A stretch of 50,458 nucleotides of DNA, taken from contig PLCF01000009.1 in the NCBI GenBank assembly GCA_003135555.1, positions 1 through 50,458 of the forward strand. Direction: 5' to 3'. The notes under the pieces are model-generated. The model was not told where the DNA came from, did no database searches, and saw only the letters and a program-made list of their open reading frames with translations. Position numbers and translations under genes: made by a program. Of the stretch, positions 1 through 8,576 are shown one piece after another (position 1 is the first letter of the stretch; each line of letters begins with the position of its first letter). Source of the stretch: Vulcanimicrobiota bacterium (GTDB lineage Bacteria > Vulcanimicrobiota > Vulcanimicrobiia > Vulcanimicrobiales > Vulcanimicrobiaceae).

Positions 1-4
1 GGTC

Positions 5-1303
5 GTGATCGGCGGTCAGCGGATCGTCGGACTCGACCTGAGCACGATCCTGGGCCAGGGGGATCCGCAGCGGCAGATCCTCGAGCTCGCGTACGAGCGC
101 GTCGAGCACGCGTTCTACAAGCCGGTTGCCGACCAGCTCCTCGTGGCCGGCGAGCAAAAGGCGCTCACCGCCTTTCTCAAGGCCAAGAAGGTCGCCGACC
201 CACAGGTGCCGCGCAACACCGCCACCGGCGAGCGCGGACGCGACCTGGCGATTCTCGAGAGCACGCTCACCAGCGTGCAAAAGCGCTACGCGCACGTCGC
301 CCCGCGCAACGTGTACACGCAGGTCGCGCTCATCGGCATGCTCGGCGGCCTGGGCGATCCGTACACGACCTACATGTCGCCCCAAGAGATCAACGGGCTC
401 GACGAACAGCTGCGCGGCGGCAACTTCGGCGGGATCGGCGTCTACATCATCAAGGACCCCAAGAACGGGGCGATCCTCGTCGATCCGATCGAAGGCAATC
501 CGGCGATCAAGGCCGGCGTGCGACCGGGCGACATCATCCTGGCCGTCGACGGCCGGTCGACGCTAGGACAGACGCTCGACACCGTCGAGCACGCGATTCG
601 CGGCCCCAACGGCAGCATCGTATCGCTGACCCTGCGCCGCCACGGCGGCGACGCGGCGTCGACCGTGCACGTAACGCGCGCCGAGATCCACGTACCGTCG
701 GTACGAGCCAAGATCGAGAACGGGATCGAGTACGTCCGGCTGCTCGACTTCGGCGCGCGCTCCGCCGACGAGGTGCGCCAAGCGTTCCTCGACGGCAAGA
801 AGCACAACGTCCACGGCTACATCCTCGACCTGCGCAACAACGGCGGCGGGTTGCTCGACGCGGCCGTCGACATCTCAAGCCTGTTCATCCCACAGGGAAC
901 GATCGTGTCGACGATCGACCGCGCCGGCGACCGCGACGTCCACAGCGCGAGCGGCCACACGATCGATACCAAGCCGCTGGTGCTGCTCGTCAACCGGTAC
1001 ACCGCGAGCGCCTCGGAGATCACTGCGGGCGCGGTGCAAGATTACGGCGCCGGAACGCTGGTGGGCGAGAAGACGTTCGGCAAAGGCGTCGTGCAGAGCG
1101 TCTACAACCTGCCCGACAAGGGCGCGCTCAAGATCACGACGGCCCGTTACGTCACCCCCAAAGGTCGCGACATCCATCACAAGGGCATCGTCCCCGATGT
1201 CATCGTGACCCAGCGCGTGGATCTGCCGATCATCGACACGCCGGCCGACAAACAGCTCAGTGAAGCGAAGAAGATCATCGAAAGCAAGAAGGACCTCCAA
1301 TGA
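5..1303 (+). CDS. ctpA: S41A C-terminal processing peptidase (PDZ + protease), probably 5'-truncated by the window edge
   Basis: LGDPYTTY, GIG PDZ entry, LDLRNNGGGLL, catalytic Ser in TASASEI and Lys in FGKG; frame is open to the window start. Confidence 0.93.
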   Translation: MIGGQRIVGLDLSTILGQGDPQRQILELAYERVEHAFYKPVADQLLVAGEQKALTAFLKAKKVADPQVPRNTATGERGRDLAILESTLTSVQKRYAHVAPRNVYTQVALIGMLGGLGDPYTTYMSPQEINGLDEQLRGGNFGGIGVYIIKDPKNGAILVDPIEGNPAIKAGVRPGDIILAVDGRSTLGQTLDTVEHAIRGPNGSIVSLTLRRHGGDAASTVHVTRAEIHVPSVRAKIENGIEYVRLLDFGARSADEVRQAFLDGKKHNVHGYILDLRNNGGGLLDAAVDISSLFIPQGTIVSTIDRAGDRDVHSASGHTIDTKPLVLLVNRYTASASEITAGAVQDYGAGTLVGEKTFGKGVVQSVYNLPDKGALKITTARYVTPKGRDIHHKGIVPDVIVTQRVDLPIIDTPADKQLSEAKKIIESKKDLQ

Positions 1304-2730
1304 AACGCCTCGTCACCGTCGCCCTGGCCGCGCTCCTGACACTGGCCACCGCCCGGGTCCCCGCCGCAACCGCGGCGGCACCCTCGCTCAACGCGACGCA
1401 AACCGAAGAGCTCGTCACGAGCTACGTGCGGCTCACCGCCGACTTCTACAAGAAGGTCGACCGGCAAGCGGCGCTCGACGGTGCGCGCACCTCGATGATC
1501 GACTATCTCAAGAAGCACAAGGTCCCCAACGCCGCACTGCCGGCCCTCCACGCCAGCGACGACGACGCCTCCAACGCGGATTCGCTCAATCGCGAAGTCG
1601 GCACCGCGGTAACCGAATACGCGTCCCGCCTCGACCCGGTGGAAACGCTCTCGGGCTCGACGCAGATCACCTACGCGGCGATCGCAGGGATCCTCGGCTC
1701 GGTCAAGGATCGCTATACGGTGTTCTTGTCGCCCAAAGAGTACGCGGCGCTCAACGAAGGGCTCGACGGAACGTCGTTCGGCGGCGTCGGGATCTCGTAC
1801 AGCATCGACGACAAGACGCACTTCCTGCACGTCGAGAACGTCATCCTCGACGGCCCCTCCGACAAAGCGGGCCTCCAGCCCGAGGACATGATCAGCGCGA
1901 TCGACGGTAAGGCCGTTCCGCAGATCCTCGAAGGGACGACCACGCTCGAAGTTTGGCAGAAGCGAATCACCCAAGTGCTGCGCGGCGAACCGGGGACGCG
2001 CGTGCGGCTTACCATCGTGCGCTCGGGCAAGCCGCTCGAACCGGTGACGATCACCCGTGAGACCATCCATCAGCCCAGCGTGAGCTCGAAGATGCTGCCC
2101 GGCAGCATCGGCTACGTCGACCTGGCCGTGTTCGGCGCGACGACCGCGAGCGAGCTGAGCACTGCGCTCAAGCGGCTCGACGCGCAAGGCGCCAAGGCGT
2201 ACGTGCTCGACCTGCGCTACAACGGCGGCGGCTACCTCAACGCCGCGGTCGACGTCGCGTCGAAGTTCATCTCGAGCGGACCGATCGTCAGCGTGAAATC
2301 ACGCGCCGGAACCGATACCGAGTACGACGCGGAGAACACGGCGATCGCGCCGCGCCCGCTCGCCGTCCTCGTCAACCAGTACACCGCCTCGGCCTCGGAG
2401 ATCACCGCCGGCGCGATCCAGGACAGCGGCGTCGGCACGCTGGTCGGGACGAAGACCTTCGGCAAGGGCGTCGTGCAGACGATCTTCCCGATGCGCGACG
2501 GCTCGGCCGTGAAGATCACGACCGCGCGCTACTTCACTCCGAAAGGACGCGACATCAACGCGGTCGGGATCGAGCCCGAGATCAAGAGCGAGCTGGCCAA
2601 AGACCAGAAGATCCGGCCCGGCGACATCGCCCAGGATCCCCAACTCGTCGCCGCGCTGAACTTCATCAACGGCCGCATCGCGCAGCAGACGACGCCGCCC
2701 GCGGCCCCGCCGGTGAAGTCGCGCTACTAG
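1300..2730 (+). CDS. ctpA: Second S41A C-terminal processing peptidase with signal peptide
   Basis: Signal peptide MKRLVTVALAALL; DLRYNGGGYL, TASASEI, FGKG, TTARY; ATGA overlap with the upstream paralog. Confidence 0.93.
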   Translation: MKRLVTVALAALLTLATARVPAATAAAPSLNATQTEELVTSYVRLTADFYKKVDRQAALDGARTSMIDYLKKHKVPNAALPALHASDDDASNADSLNREVGTAVTEYASRLDPVETLSGSTQITYAAIAGILGSVKDRYTVFLSPKEYAALNEGLDGTSFGGVGISYSIDDKTHFLHVENVILDGPSDKAGLQPEDMISAIDGKAVPQILEGTTTLEVWQKRITQVLRGEPGTRVRLTIVRSGKPLEPVTITRETIHQPSVSSKMLPGSIGYVDLAVFGATTASELSTALKRLDAQGAKAYVLDLRYNGGGYLNAAVDVASKFISSGPIVSVKSRAGTDTEYDAENTAIAPRPLAVLVNQYTASASEITAGAIQDSGVGTLVGTKTFGKGVVQTIFPMRDGSAVKITTARYFTPKGRDINAVGIEPEIKSELAKDQKIRPGDIAQDPQLVAALNFINGRIAQQTTPPAAPPVKSRY

Positions 2731-3359
2731 GCTAGAAACAGCACCGCGGCGATCTCGTCGAACGACGAGAACGACGTACACTCCAGACCGCGCTCCCGGC
2801 AAAACGTTTCGAGGGCGCGGTCTTTTTTTGCGAAGCGCACGTCGGCTTCACGTGCCGCCTCGAAATCGCTGATGCCGTCCCCGACGTAGACGGTGCGCGC
2901 GCCCCCGGCGCGAGCGGCGCGGACGCGGGCCGCCTTATCGTGTCCCATCACCGAGTCGTCGATGAAGGTCAGGCGCCAGCCATCGGCGCGACAGTCGACG
3001 TCGTTGGCGAAGACGGGAACGTCGACCCCGGCCCGCTCGAGCGCCGGCCCGATCACCTGACGCATCCCCGCCGAGACCACGCCGACCCAGGCTCCACGGG
3101 CGTGCGCGGTCCGCACGAAGGGCGCAAACGCCGGGTCGACGCGAGCACGCATCTCCAGCAGCGCGAGCGCTTCGGGCTCGGAATACCGGATCAGCTGCGC
3201 TTGGCGTGACAGCGCCTCGCGCAGCGTGATCCGTCCCGACCAGAGTTCGTCTTCGAGCCGGTTCCACGAGTCGTCACCGGCCGCCGAGCGCACGAGCACG
3301 TCGAAGGTGTCGACGTCGGTGATCGTGCCGTCGAAGTCGACGAAGATCGCGAGACTCAG
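2727..3359 (-). CDS. HAD-IB family phosphatase (MtnX/phosphoserine phosphatase-like)
   Basis: Motif I IFVDFDGTITD lies upstream of the ORF-track start (3299); motif II VVSAG; motif IV YVGDGISD. Start extended to the in-frame CTG overlapping the rne stop. Confidence 0.85.
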   Translation of the reverse strand: MSLAIFVDFDGTITDVDTFDVLVRSAAGDDSWNRLEDELWSGRITLREALSRQAQLIRYSEPEALALLEMRARVDPAFAPFVRTAHARGAWVGVVSAGMRQVIGPALERAGVDVPVFANDVDCRADGWRLTFIDDSVMGHDKAARVRAARAGGARTVYVGDGISDFEAAREADVRFAKKDRALETFCRERGLECTSFSSFDEIAAVLFLA

Positions 3360-6355
3360 GATTTCTTCCGGGTCGTCGTCACTTTCTTGGCCGCCGGCGC
3401 TTTGCGTGCCGCCGGTGCCTTCTTGACGCTCGCCGCCGCCTTCGCCGGCGCCGCCTTCTTGGCGCTCACGGCGCGCGCAGCGGGTGCTTTCTTCGCCTTG
3501 GCCGGCGCGGCGGCACCGGCGGATTTGCGGCCTGCGGCCGGCTTCACGGCGACCGCCTCAGCCGGCGCCGTGGCGACGGCGGCTGCCGGCGCCGCGGCAG
3601 GGCCGCGCGCGCGCGTGCGGCCCCGCCGCGGTTCCGCGTCACCGGATGTTGCCGCGGGCGGGGCGGGCAGCGCGCGAACCGGCGCCGCGGCCTCGAGCTG
3701 GCCACCGCGGGCCACGGCATCACCGGCGCGTCCGCGCCGTTGCGACGGCCGGGCCGCCTTGACGGGCTGCGATCGCTCCGGGGGCGGCGTGATCACCGGC
3801 GGGGGCGGCCCGACGGCGACGTCGCCGCGTTTGCGGTTCCAGGGCGCGATCGCGCGTGACGGGACCGGGGGTGCGGTCTCGCCGGTCGGATGCGCCCCGC
3901 CCTCGGAGTCGACCCGGAAGATGGCGCGATCGGGGACCGGCGGGCGGGCGGGCAGCCCTTCGGCACTCGCCGCCTGACCCTCGGCTCCGGCTCCACCACG
4001 GCCGCGACGGCGGCGGCGGCGCCGGCGGCGCTTGCGCTCGCCGTTCTCGCCGGCTGCGCCGGGCTGCGCCACGGCGACGTCATCCTCTTCGTCCTCGGCA
4101 TCGGCGACGGCGGTCGCGACGGCGCTCGCCGGCGCGGCGGCGCCGGCAACTGCGGCCACGTCGCCTCCGCGCCCGCCGCGGCGGCGGCGCCGGCGGCGCG
4201 GACGGCGGCCTGAAGCGTCGTCACCCTCGTGTTCGAGCTCGCCGTCGACGGCGGCGCTCGCAGCCGCCGCCGGGCGGATCGGGGTCGGGGGCGGCGGCGC
4301 GCTTACGCCGACGCGGTCGCCGGAAAGCTTCTCGCCCGGCAGGACGGCGGTGCCGACAGCGTGTCCTGACGCGGTGTCACGTGGGCGTGAGCCTGTCGAA
4401 GGGCGCGGCCCCGAAAGTGATTCTCCCGGCAGCAGCACCGCGCGCCCGTCGGCGGCCTTCTGAGCCGTCGTCTTGGGCCCGGCTTTCTTCGCTGCGACCT
4501 CTTCGGTCGTGGAGATCCCGATCGCGGTCCGGCCGTCGAGGCCTTTCTCGGCTTCCTCGGCCAGCGCGCGCAGCTCGGCAGCCTGCTCGGCGGCGGTGAG
4601 CTCGCGCTTGCGCCCGCGCCCGCCGCGCCGGCGCTTCTTCGGGGTGCGGGCTTCGCCGATCGTGGCGACGGCTTCGACCGGGCTGCGCGGCTCGGCCAGG
4701 ATGTCGCTGCCGTCGACATCGAGGATGCGGATCTTGATCGTCTTGCCGGCTGCGTTGGCAGCGTTCTCCACTTCGACCAGCCGCCCGGCCACGATCGCCG
4801 CGGCCGAGGTCGCGTTGGGCAAGCGCGTCGAGAGCAGCTCCACTTCGAACTCGTCGCCGACGCGGATCGGTCCCAAGGTGGGCAGCTTGTCGTCGCCCCA
4901 CACGATGCGCGGCCGTTCGGGATGGACCGCCGTATCGACGAAGACGTCGATCTGCGCGCCGACGCGTTCGGCGAGCTGCACGCGCTCGTCTTCGTACCAA
5001 TACTCCGCCTGCGCCGCCACGGTCGGCGCAGCCGCGATGTGCACGTGCTTGGCCGGGCCGTTATGGTGGGCGAGGATCTCGCGGAACGCGCCGATCGTCA
5101 CCGATTCCGGCGACATCACGCTGCCGAGGCCTTCGCAGGTCGGACACTTGCCGCGCAGCTGCTGACCCAAATCCTTGCCGACGCGCTTGCGCGTGAACTC
5201 CAACAGCCCCAGCGGCGAGAACGACTGGATCGTCGAGCGCGTGCGATCCTTGCGCAAGCCTTCCTGCAGCGCGGTGATGACGCGGTTGCGATCCCCTTCC
5301 GACGACATGTCGATGAAATCGCACACGATGATCCCGCCGATGTCGCGCAGCCGCACCTGGCGCGCGACCTCGGTCGCGGCCTCGACGTTGGTGCGCACGA
5401 TCGTGTCGTCGAGGTTCTTGCCGCCGGTGAACTTTCCGGAGTTGACGTCGACGACGGTGAGCGCCTCGGTCGACTCGATCACGATCGAACCGCCCGACGG
5501 AAGCTTCACCGTCGGCTTCATCAGCCGCGCGATCTCGTCTTCGATCTTGAAGTCGGCGAACAGCCGCTTGCCGTGCTCGTAATACTTGATACGGTCGACG
5601 TACTGCGGTCCGAGGAGCCGCATGAAGTCTTTGACGTTCTCGGTCTCGGTCTCGTCGTCGAGCCAGACATGGTCGACATCCGGCGTGATGAAGTCGCGCG
5701 CCGTCTTGTAGACGAGGTTCATGTCCTTGTGCAGCAGCGCCGGCGCCGTGACGCGCTTGAACTGCTCGAGGATTCCGTGCCACATCCGGATCAGGATGCC
5801 AAGGTCCGCGATCAGCTCGGCATTGGAGACGCCGCCCGCAGCCGTGCGCACGACGGTCGCCATCCCGTCGGGACGGATCGCCTTCATGATCGCCTTGAGC
5901 CGGTTGCGCTCGTCGGCCGACTCGATCTTGCGCGAGACGCCGCTGAACTTACCGGTCGGCATGAGGATCAGGTAGCGCCCCGGGAGCGAGATGTTGGTCG
6001 AGACGCGCGCGCCCTTGAGGCCGCGCGGCTCCTTGACGATCTGCACCAGCACGTCGTCGCCGCGGCTCACCTTCTCGGTGATCGTGTAGCCGCTACGGCC
6101 TTGGGTGACCTCGACGTCGCCGATGTTCAGCGGCGTCTTGTTGATGTCGTCGACGTACAGAAATGCATTGCGGCCCAAGCCGATGTCGCAGAAGCTCGCA
6201 CCCATCCCGGGCAGGACGTTGACGACCTTCCCTTTGTAGATCGAGCCGATGACGCGCTCTTCGCGCTCGACGTAGACTTCGGCAAGCCGGCTGTCCTCGA
6301 GGATCGCGACGCGGTTTTCCCACGGATCGCTCGAGATCAGGATGTCGGTAGGCAA
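3356..6355 (-). CDS. rne: Ribonuclease E/G family endoribonuclease with long disordered C-terminal region
   Basis: S1 domain (IYKGKVVNVLPGM), VQIVKEPRGLKGARVS, VVDVNSG, RLRDIGGIIVCDFIDM, Zn-link CPTC; TTG start at 6355 behind a GAGAGG RBS; Arg-rich and Ala/Lys-rich tail. Confidence 0.95.
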   Translation of the reverse strand: MPTDILISSDPWENRVAILEDSRLAEVYVEREERVIGSIYKGKVVNVLPGMGASFCDIGLGRNAFLYVDDINKTPLNIGDVEVTQGRSGYTITEKVSRGDDVLVQIVKEPRGLKGARVSTNISLPGRYLILMPTGKFSGVSRKIESADERNRLKAIMKAIRPDGMATVVRTAAGGVSNAELIADLGILIRMWHGILEQFKRVTAPALLHKDMNLVYKTARDFITPDVDHVWLDDETETENVKDFMRLLGPQYVDRIKYYEHGKRLFADFKIEDEIARLMKPTVKLPSGGSIVIESTEALTVVDVNSGKFTGGKNLDDTIVRTNVEAATEVARQVRLRDIGGIIVCDFIDMSSEGDRNRVITALQEGLRKDRTRSTIQSFSPLGLLEFTRKRVGKDLGQQLRGKCPTCEGLGSVMSPESVTIGAFREILAHHNGPAKHVHIAAAPTVAAQAEYWYEDERVQLAERVGAQIDVFVDTAVHPERPRIVWGDDKLPTLGPIRVGDEFEVELLSTRLPNATSAAAIVAGRLVEVENAANAAGKTIKIRILDVDGSDILAEPRSPVEAVATIGEARTPKKRRRGGRGRKRELTAAEQAAELRALAEEAEKGLDGRTAIGISTTEEVAAKKAGPKTTAQKAADGRAVLLPGESLSGPRPSTGSRPRDTASGHAVGTAVLPGEKLSGDRVGVSAPPPPTPIRPAAAASAAVDGELEHEGDDASGRRPRRRRRRRGGRGGDVAAVAGAAAPASAVATAVADAEDEEDDVAVAQPGAAGENGERKRRRRRRRRRGRGGAGAEGQAASAEGLPARPPVPDRAIFRVDSEGGAHPTGETAPPVPSRAIAPWNRKRGDVAVGPPPPVITPPPERSQPVKAARPSQRRGRAGDAVARGGQLEAAAPVRALPAPPAATSGDAEPRRGRTRARGPAAAPAAAVATAPAEAVAVKPAAGRKSAGAAAPAKAKKAPAARAVSAKKAAPAKAAASVKKAPAARKAPAAKKVTTTRKKS
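4388..4403 (+). repeat. REP-like core TGAGCCTGTCGAAGGG inside the rne coding region
   Basis: 16/16 match to units 2 and 3 of the array at 25924-26058. Confidence 0.6.
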
Positions 6356-6690
6356 TGGAGTAACTGGCCTCTCTCGGACGTCGGCGGCCGTCGTCCGCGC
6401 GCACATCGCGACAACTGTCACCCTGACGTGGCCACGTGCGCGTGGACCTGTCGAGGGTAAGCGTCATCGAGCGGGCGCCGCGGGCGGATGCTCTCGTCTC
6501 TCTCGTTTAGTATCGTGAATCTTTAATGGCTGTGAAATCTTGCAGGACGCACCCGGACGATCCAACGCGTTCGCCTGCCGGCCCGCGCAATCGCCCCTCG
6601 GATGCTGTCTTGAAGCTTGGCTTCCGGGGGTTGCCAGGATGGTCCTGGTCTGAAGGCCCCAGGCTTGGCCGGGCCGCAGCCGGGCTCGCA
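6356..6690 (-). promoter_or_regulatory. Long (~330 nt) putative structured 5' leader of rne
   Basis: No credible ORF; GC-rich hairpins (e.g. CCAGGA-cca-TCCTGG) followed by an AU-rich stretch at about 6490-6540. Confidence 0.5.
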
Positions 6691-6692
6691 AC

Positions 6693-6701
6693 AGCTTAGC
6701 A
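6693..6701 (-). promoter_or_regulatory. Putative extended -10 promoter element (TGcTAAGCT) for rne
   Basis: Minus strand reads TTGCTAAGCT, resembling TGnTATAAT, in the rodA-rne gap. Confidence 0.4.
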
Positions 6702-6755
6702 ATACGAGCGAGACCTTGCTGCGCCCGATCGAACGGGGCCGTGCGCGCCTCGCGC

Positions 6756-7877
6756 CTAGGCGCGGCGGGCGGCGGCGTCGCCGAAGACGAGCCGGTCTTT
6801 CTGCAACACGATGTTGATCAGGATGCCGACCGCGATGTAGTCCGTCATCAGCGCGCTGCCGCCGTAGGACATGAACGGCAGCGGGATCCCGGTGATCGGC
6901 ATGATCCCGATGGTCATCCCGACGTTGACGATGATGTGAAAGGCGAGCATGGCGACGAGCCCGACCGCCAGCAGCACGCCGAAGCGGTCCTTCGCCGCGA
7001 GCACCGACCGCATCGCGGCGGCGATGGTGACGGTGTAGAGCGCCAGCAGCACGATCGCTCCCGCGAACCCGAACTCTTCCCCGACCGCCGTGAAGATGAA
7101 ATCGCGTGAGTTCTCCGGGACGAACGCGAGCTGCGTCTGCGTCCCGCGAAACAGCCCTTTGCCGAACCACTCGCCGCTGCCGACGGCGATCTTGGACTGG
7201 TTGAGGTTGTATCCGACGCCTTGCGGGTCGAGCTTGGGGTCGAGGAAGACCAGCAGACGCGCGCGCTGGAACGGCTTGAGGATGTGCTCGCTGGCCAGAA
7301 CCCAGGCGGCGGCGCTGACGACCCCGCCGATGTAGAGGCCGAAGTCCAGCAGGTTGGGTAGCCCGAAGTACAACTCGGCGGTGAGGATCGCGCCGATCAC
7401 CAGCGTCGTTCCGAGGTCCGGCTGTTTGAGGATCAGGACCGCGGGGATGGCCGTCGCGGCCAGCGGCAACCAGAGCTCTTGGACGCGGCGGTACGTGCCG
7501 CGGCACAGCAACGCGGCGATCGAGATCGCGAGCACGACCTTGGCCGGTTCCGAGGGTTGGAATTGGAACGGCCCGACCGCGATCCAGCGCACCGCACCCT
7601 GCGCCCCGTGCCCCTTGAAGGTGATGTAGATCAGCAAGCCCAGCGTGACGAGGTAGAGCGGGAGCGCCCAACGCCGCCACACGCGGTAGTCGACGAACGC
7701 GGTTCCCAGCATCATCGCGATCCCGACCACGCCGTAGACGAGTTGCTTGCGCCACTCGTCGGCCGCATACGGAGCGTGCAAGGTTGCGGACCGAATGAAC
7801 ACGATGCCGAGCATCGTGATGACGATCGGCGCGATGGCGAGCGGCCAGTTGAACCGGGTGTACCAGGGACGTTCCAT
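6756..7877 (-). CDS. rodA: Rod shape-determining SEDS protein RodA
   Basis: GAVRWI, FQPSEPAK, KQPDLGT, GYNLNQSKIAVGSG, DFIFTAVGEEFG, PITGIPLPFMSYGGS; follows minE. Confidence 0.95.
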   Translation of the reverse strand: MERPWYTRFNWPLAIAPIVITMLGIVFIRSATLHAPYAADEWRKQLVYGVVGIAMMLGTAFVDYRVWRRWALPLYLVTLGLLIYITFKGHGAQGAVRWIAVGPFQFQPSEPAKVVLAISIAALLCRGTYRRVQELWLPLAATAIPAVLILKQPDLGTTLVIGAILTAELYFGLPNLLDFGLYIGGVVSAAAWVLASEHILKPFQRARLLVFLDPKLDPQGVGYNLNQSKIAVGSGEWFGKGLFRGTQTQLAFVPENSRDFIFTAVGEEFGFAGAIVLLALYTVTIAAAMRSVLAAKDRFGVLLAVGLVAMLAFHIIVNVGMTIGIMPITGIPLPFMSYGGSALMTDYIAVGILINIVLQKDRLVFGDAAARRA

Positions 7878-8077
7878 GCGTTACCAGACCAAGCCGGCCG
7901 GGTGAGGGGGACTCGGCGCATCTTCGTCACCGTCCCGGAGAGCGCCCGCGCCCGCCGCAACCGAACGCGAGCGGATCTTCGCGCACGACTCGCGCGCGTA
8001 TACGCCCGGGCCGTACGCGAACGGAGAGGGCCTCCTCGCCGCGTTCGACCGGCACTATCTGACGACGATGCGCTAGC

Positions 8078-8500
8078 TCAGGCCGGCGAGAGCCCCGCGG
8101 TGGCCGGCGCGGAGGGGTCGGCTTGACGACGGCGCTTGCGCTTCGCGCGCCCGGGCGCACGCGGCACGCCGTTCGCCGGCGCGTCCGCGGCCGGTTGCGG
8201 CGCGGTCCCAGCCGGTTTGCGCGGCGTCGTGCGCCGCGGCATCGGGCGCGCGCGCATCGCCAGGATGGGCACGTTTGCGAGCATCGCGACGCGCTTCTCC
8301 TGCTGCTCGAAGGTCACGTCACAGTTCGCCGCGTCGACGTCGACGTAGCGTGAGATCACCTCGATGAGATCGTGCTTGAGCGCCTCGACGACGTCGGGCG
8401 CCAGCGAGAGATGATCGGAGAGCAGGACGAGGCGGAGGCGTTCCTTCGCCGTCGCGCTCGACGACGGCTTGCCGAAGAATCGCGCTAGGAACTCAAACAC
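8078..8500 (-). CDS. minE: Cell division topological specificity factor MinE with Pro/Ala/Arg-rich C-terminal extension
   Basis: N-terminal amphipathic FEFLARFF, SSATAKERLRLVL, DLIEVISRYV, ANVPI; GTG start 8 nt after GGAG. Confidence 0.92.
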   Translation of the reverse strand: MFEFLARFFGKPSSSATAKERLRLVLLSDHLSLAPDVVEALKHDLIEVISRYVDVDAANCDVTFEQQEKRVAMLANVPILAMRARPMPRRTTPRKPAGTAPQPAADAPANGVPRAPGRAKRKRRRQADPSAPATAGLSPA

Positions 8501-8502
8501 TA

Positions 8503-8576
8503 GGAGCACTCCGTGCGACGACGTGCGGATTGGCCGAAGGCCAAACGCGAGGTGTCCGCCGTAGGCGGACCCACTA
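8503..8576 (+). repeat. Palindromic repeat family 2, copy A
   Basis: GGAGCACT..GCGGAT-[TGGCC GAA GGCCA]-AACGCGAG-[GTCCGCC GTA GGCGGAC]..CACTA; same layout as 31619-31709. Confidence 0.65.

Noticed and set aside
6470..6700. 6S RNA, RNase P RNA or tmRNA in the rodA-rne gap
   Set aside because: No RNase P (GAGGAAAGTCC) or tRNA-like signatures, and no convincing end-to-end rod by eye; kept only as a putative rne leader pending an Rfam scan.
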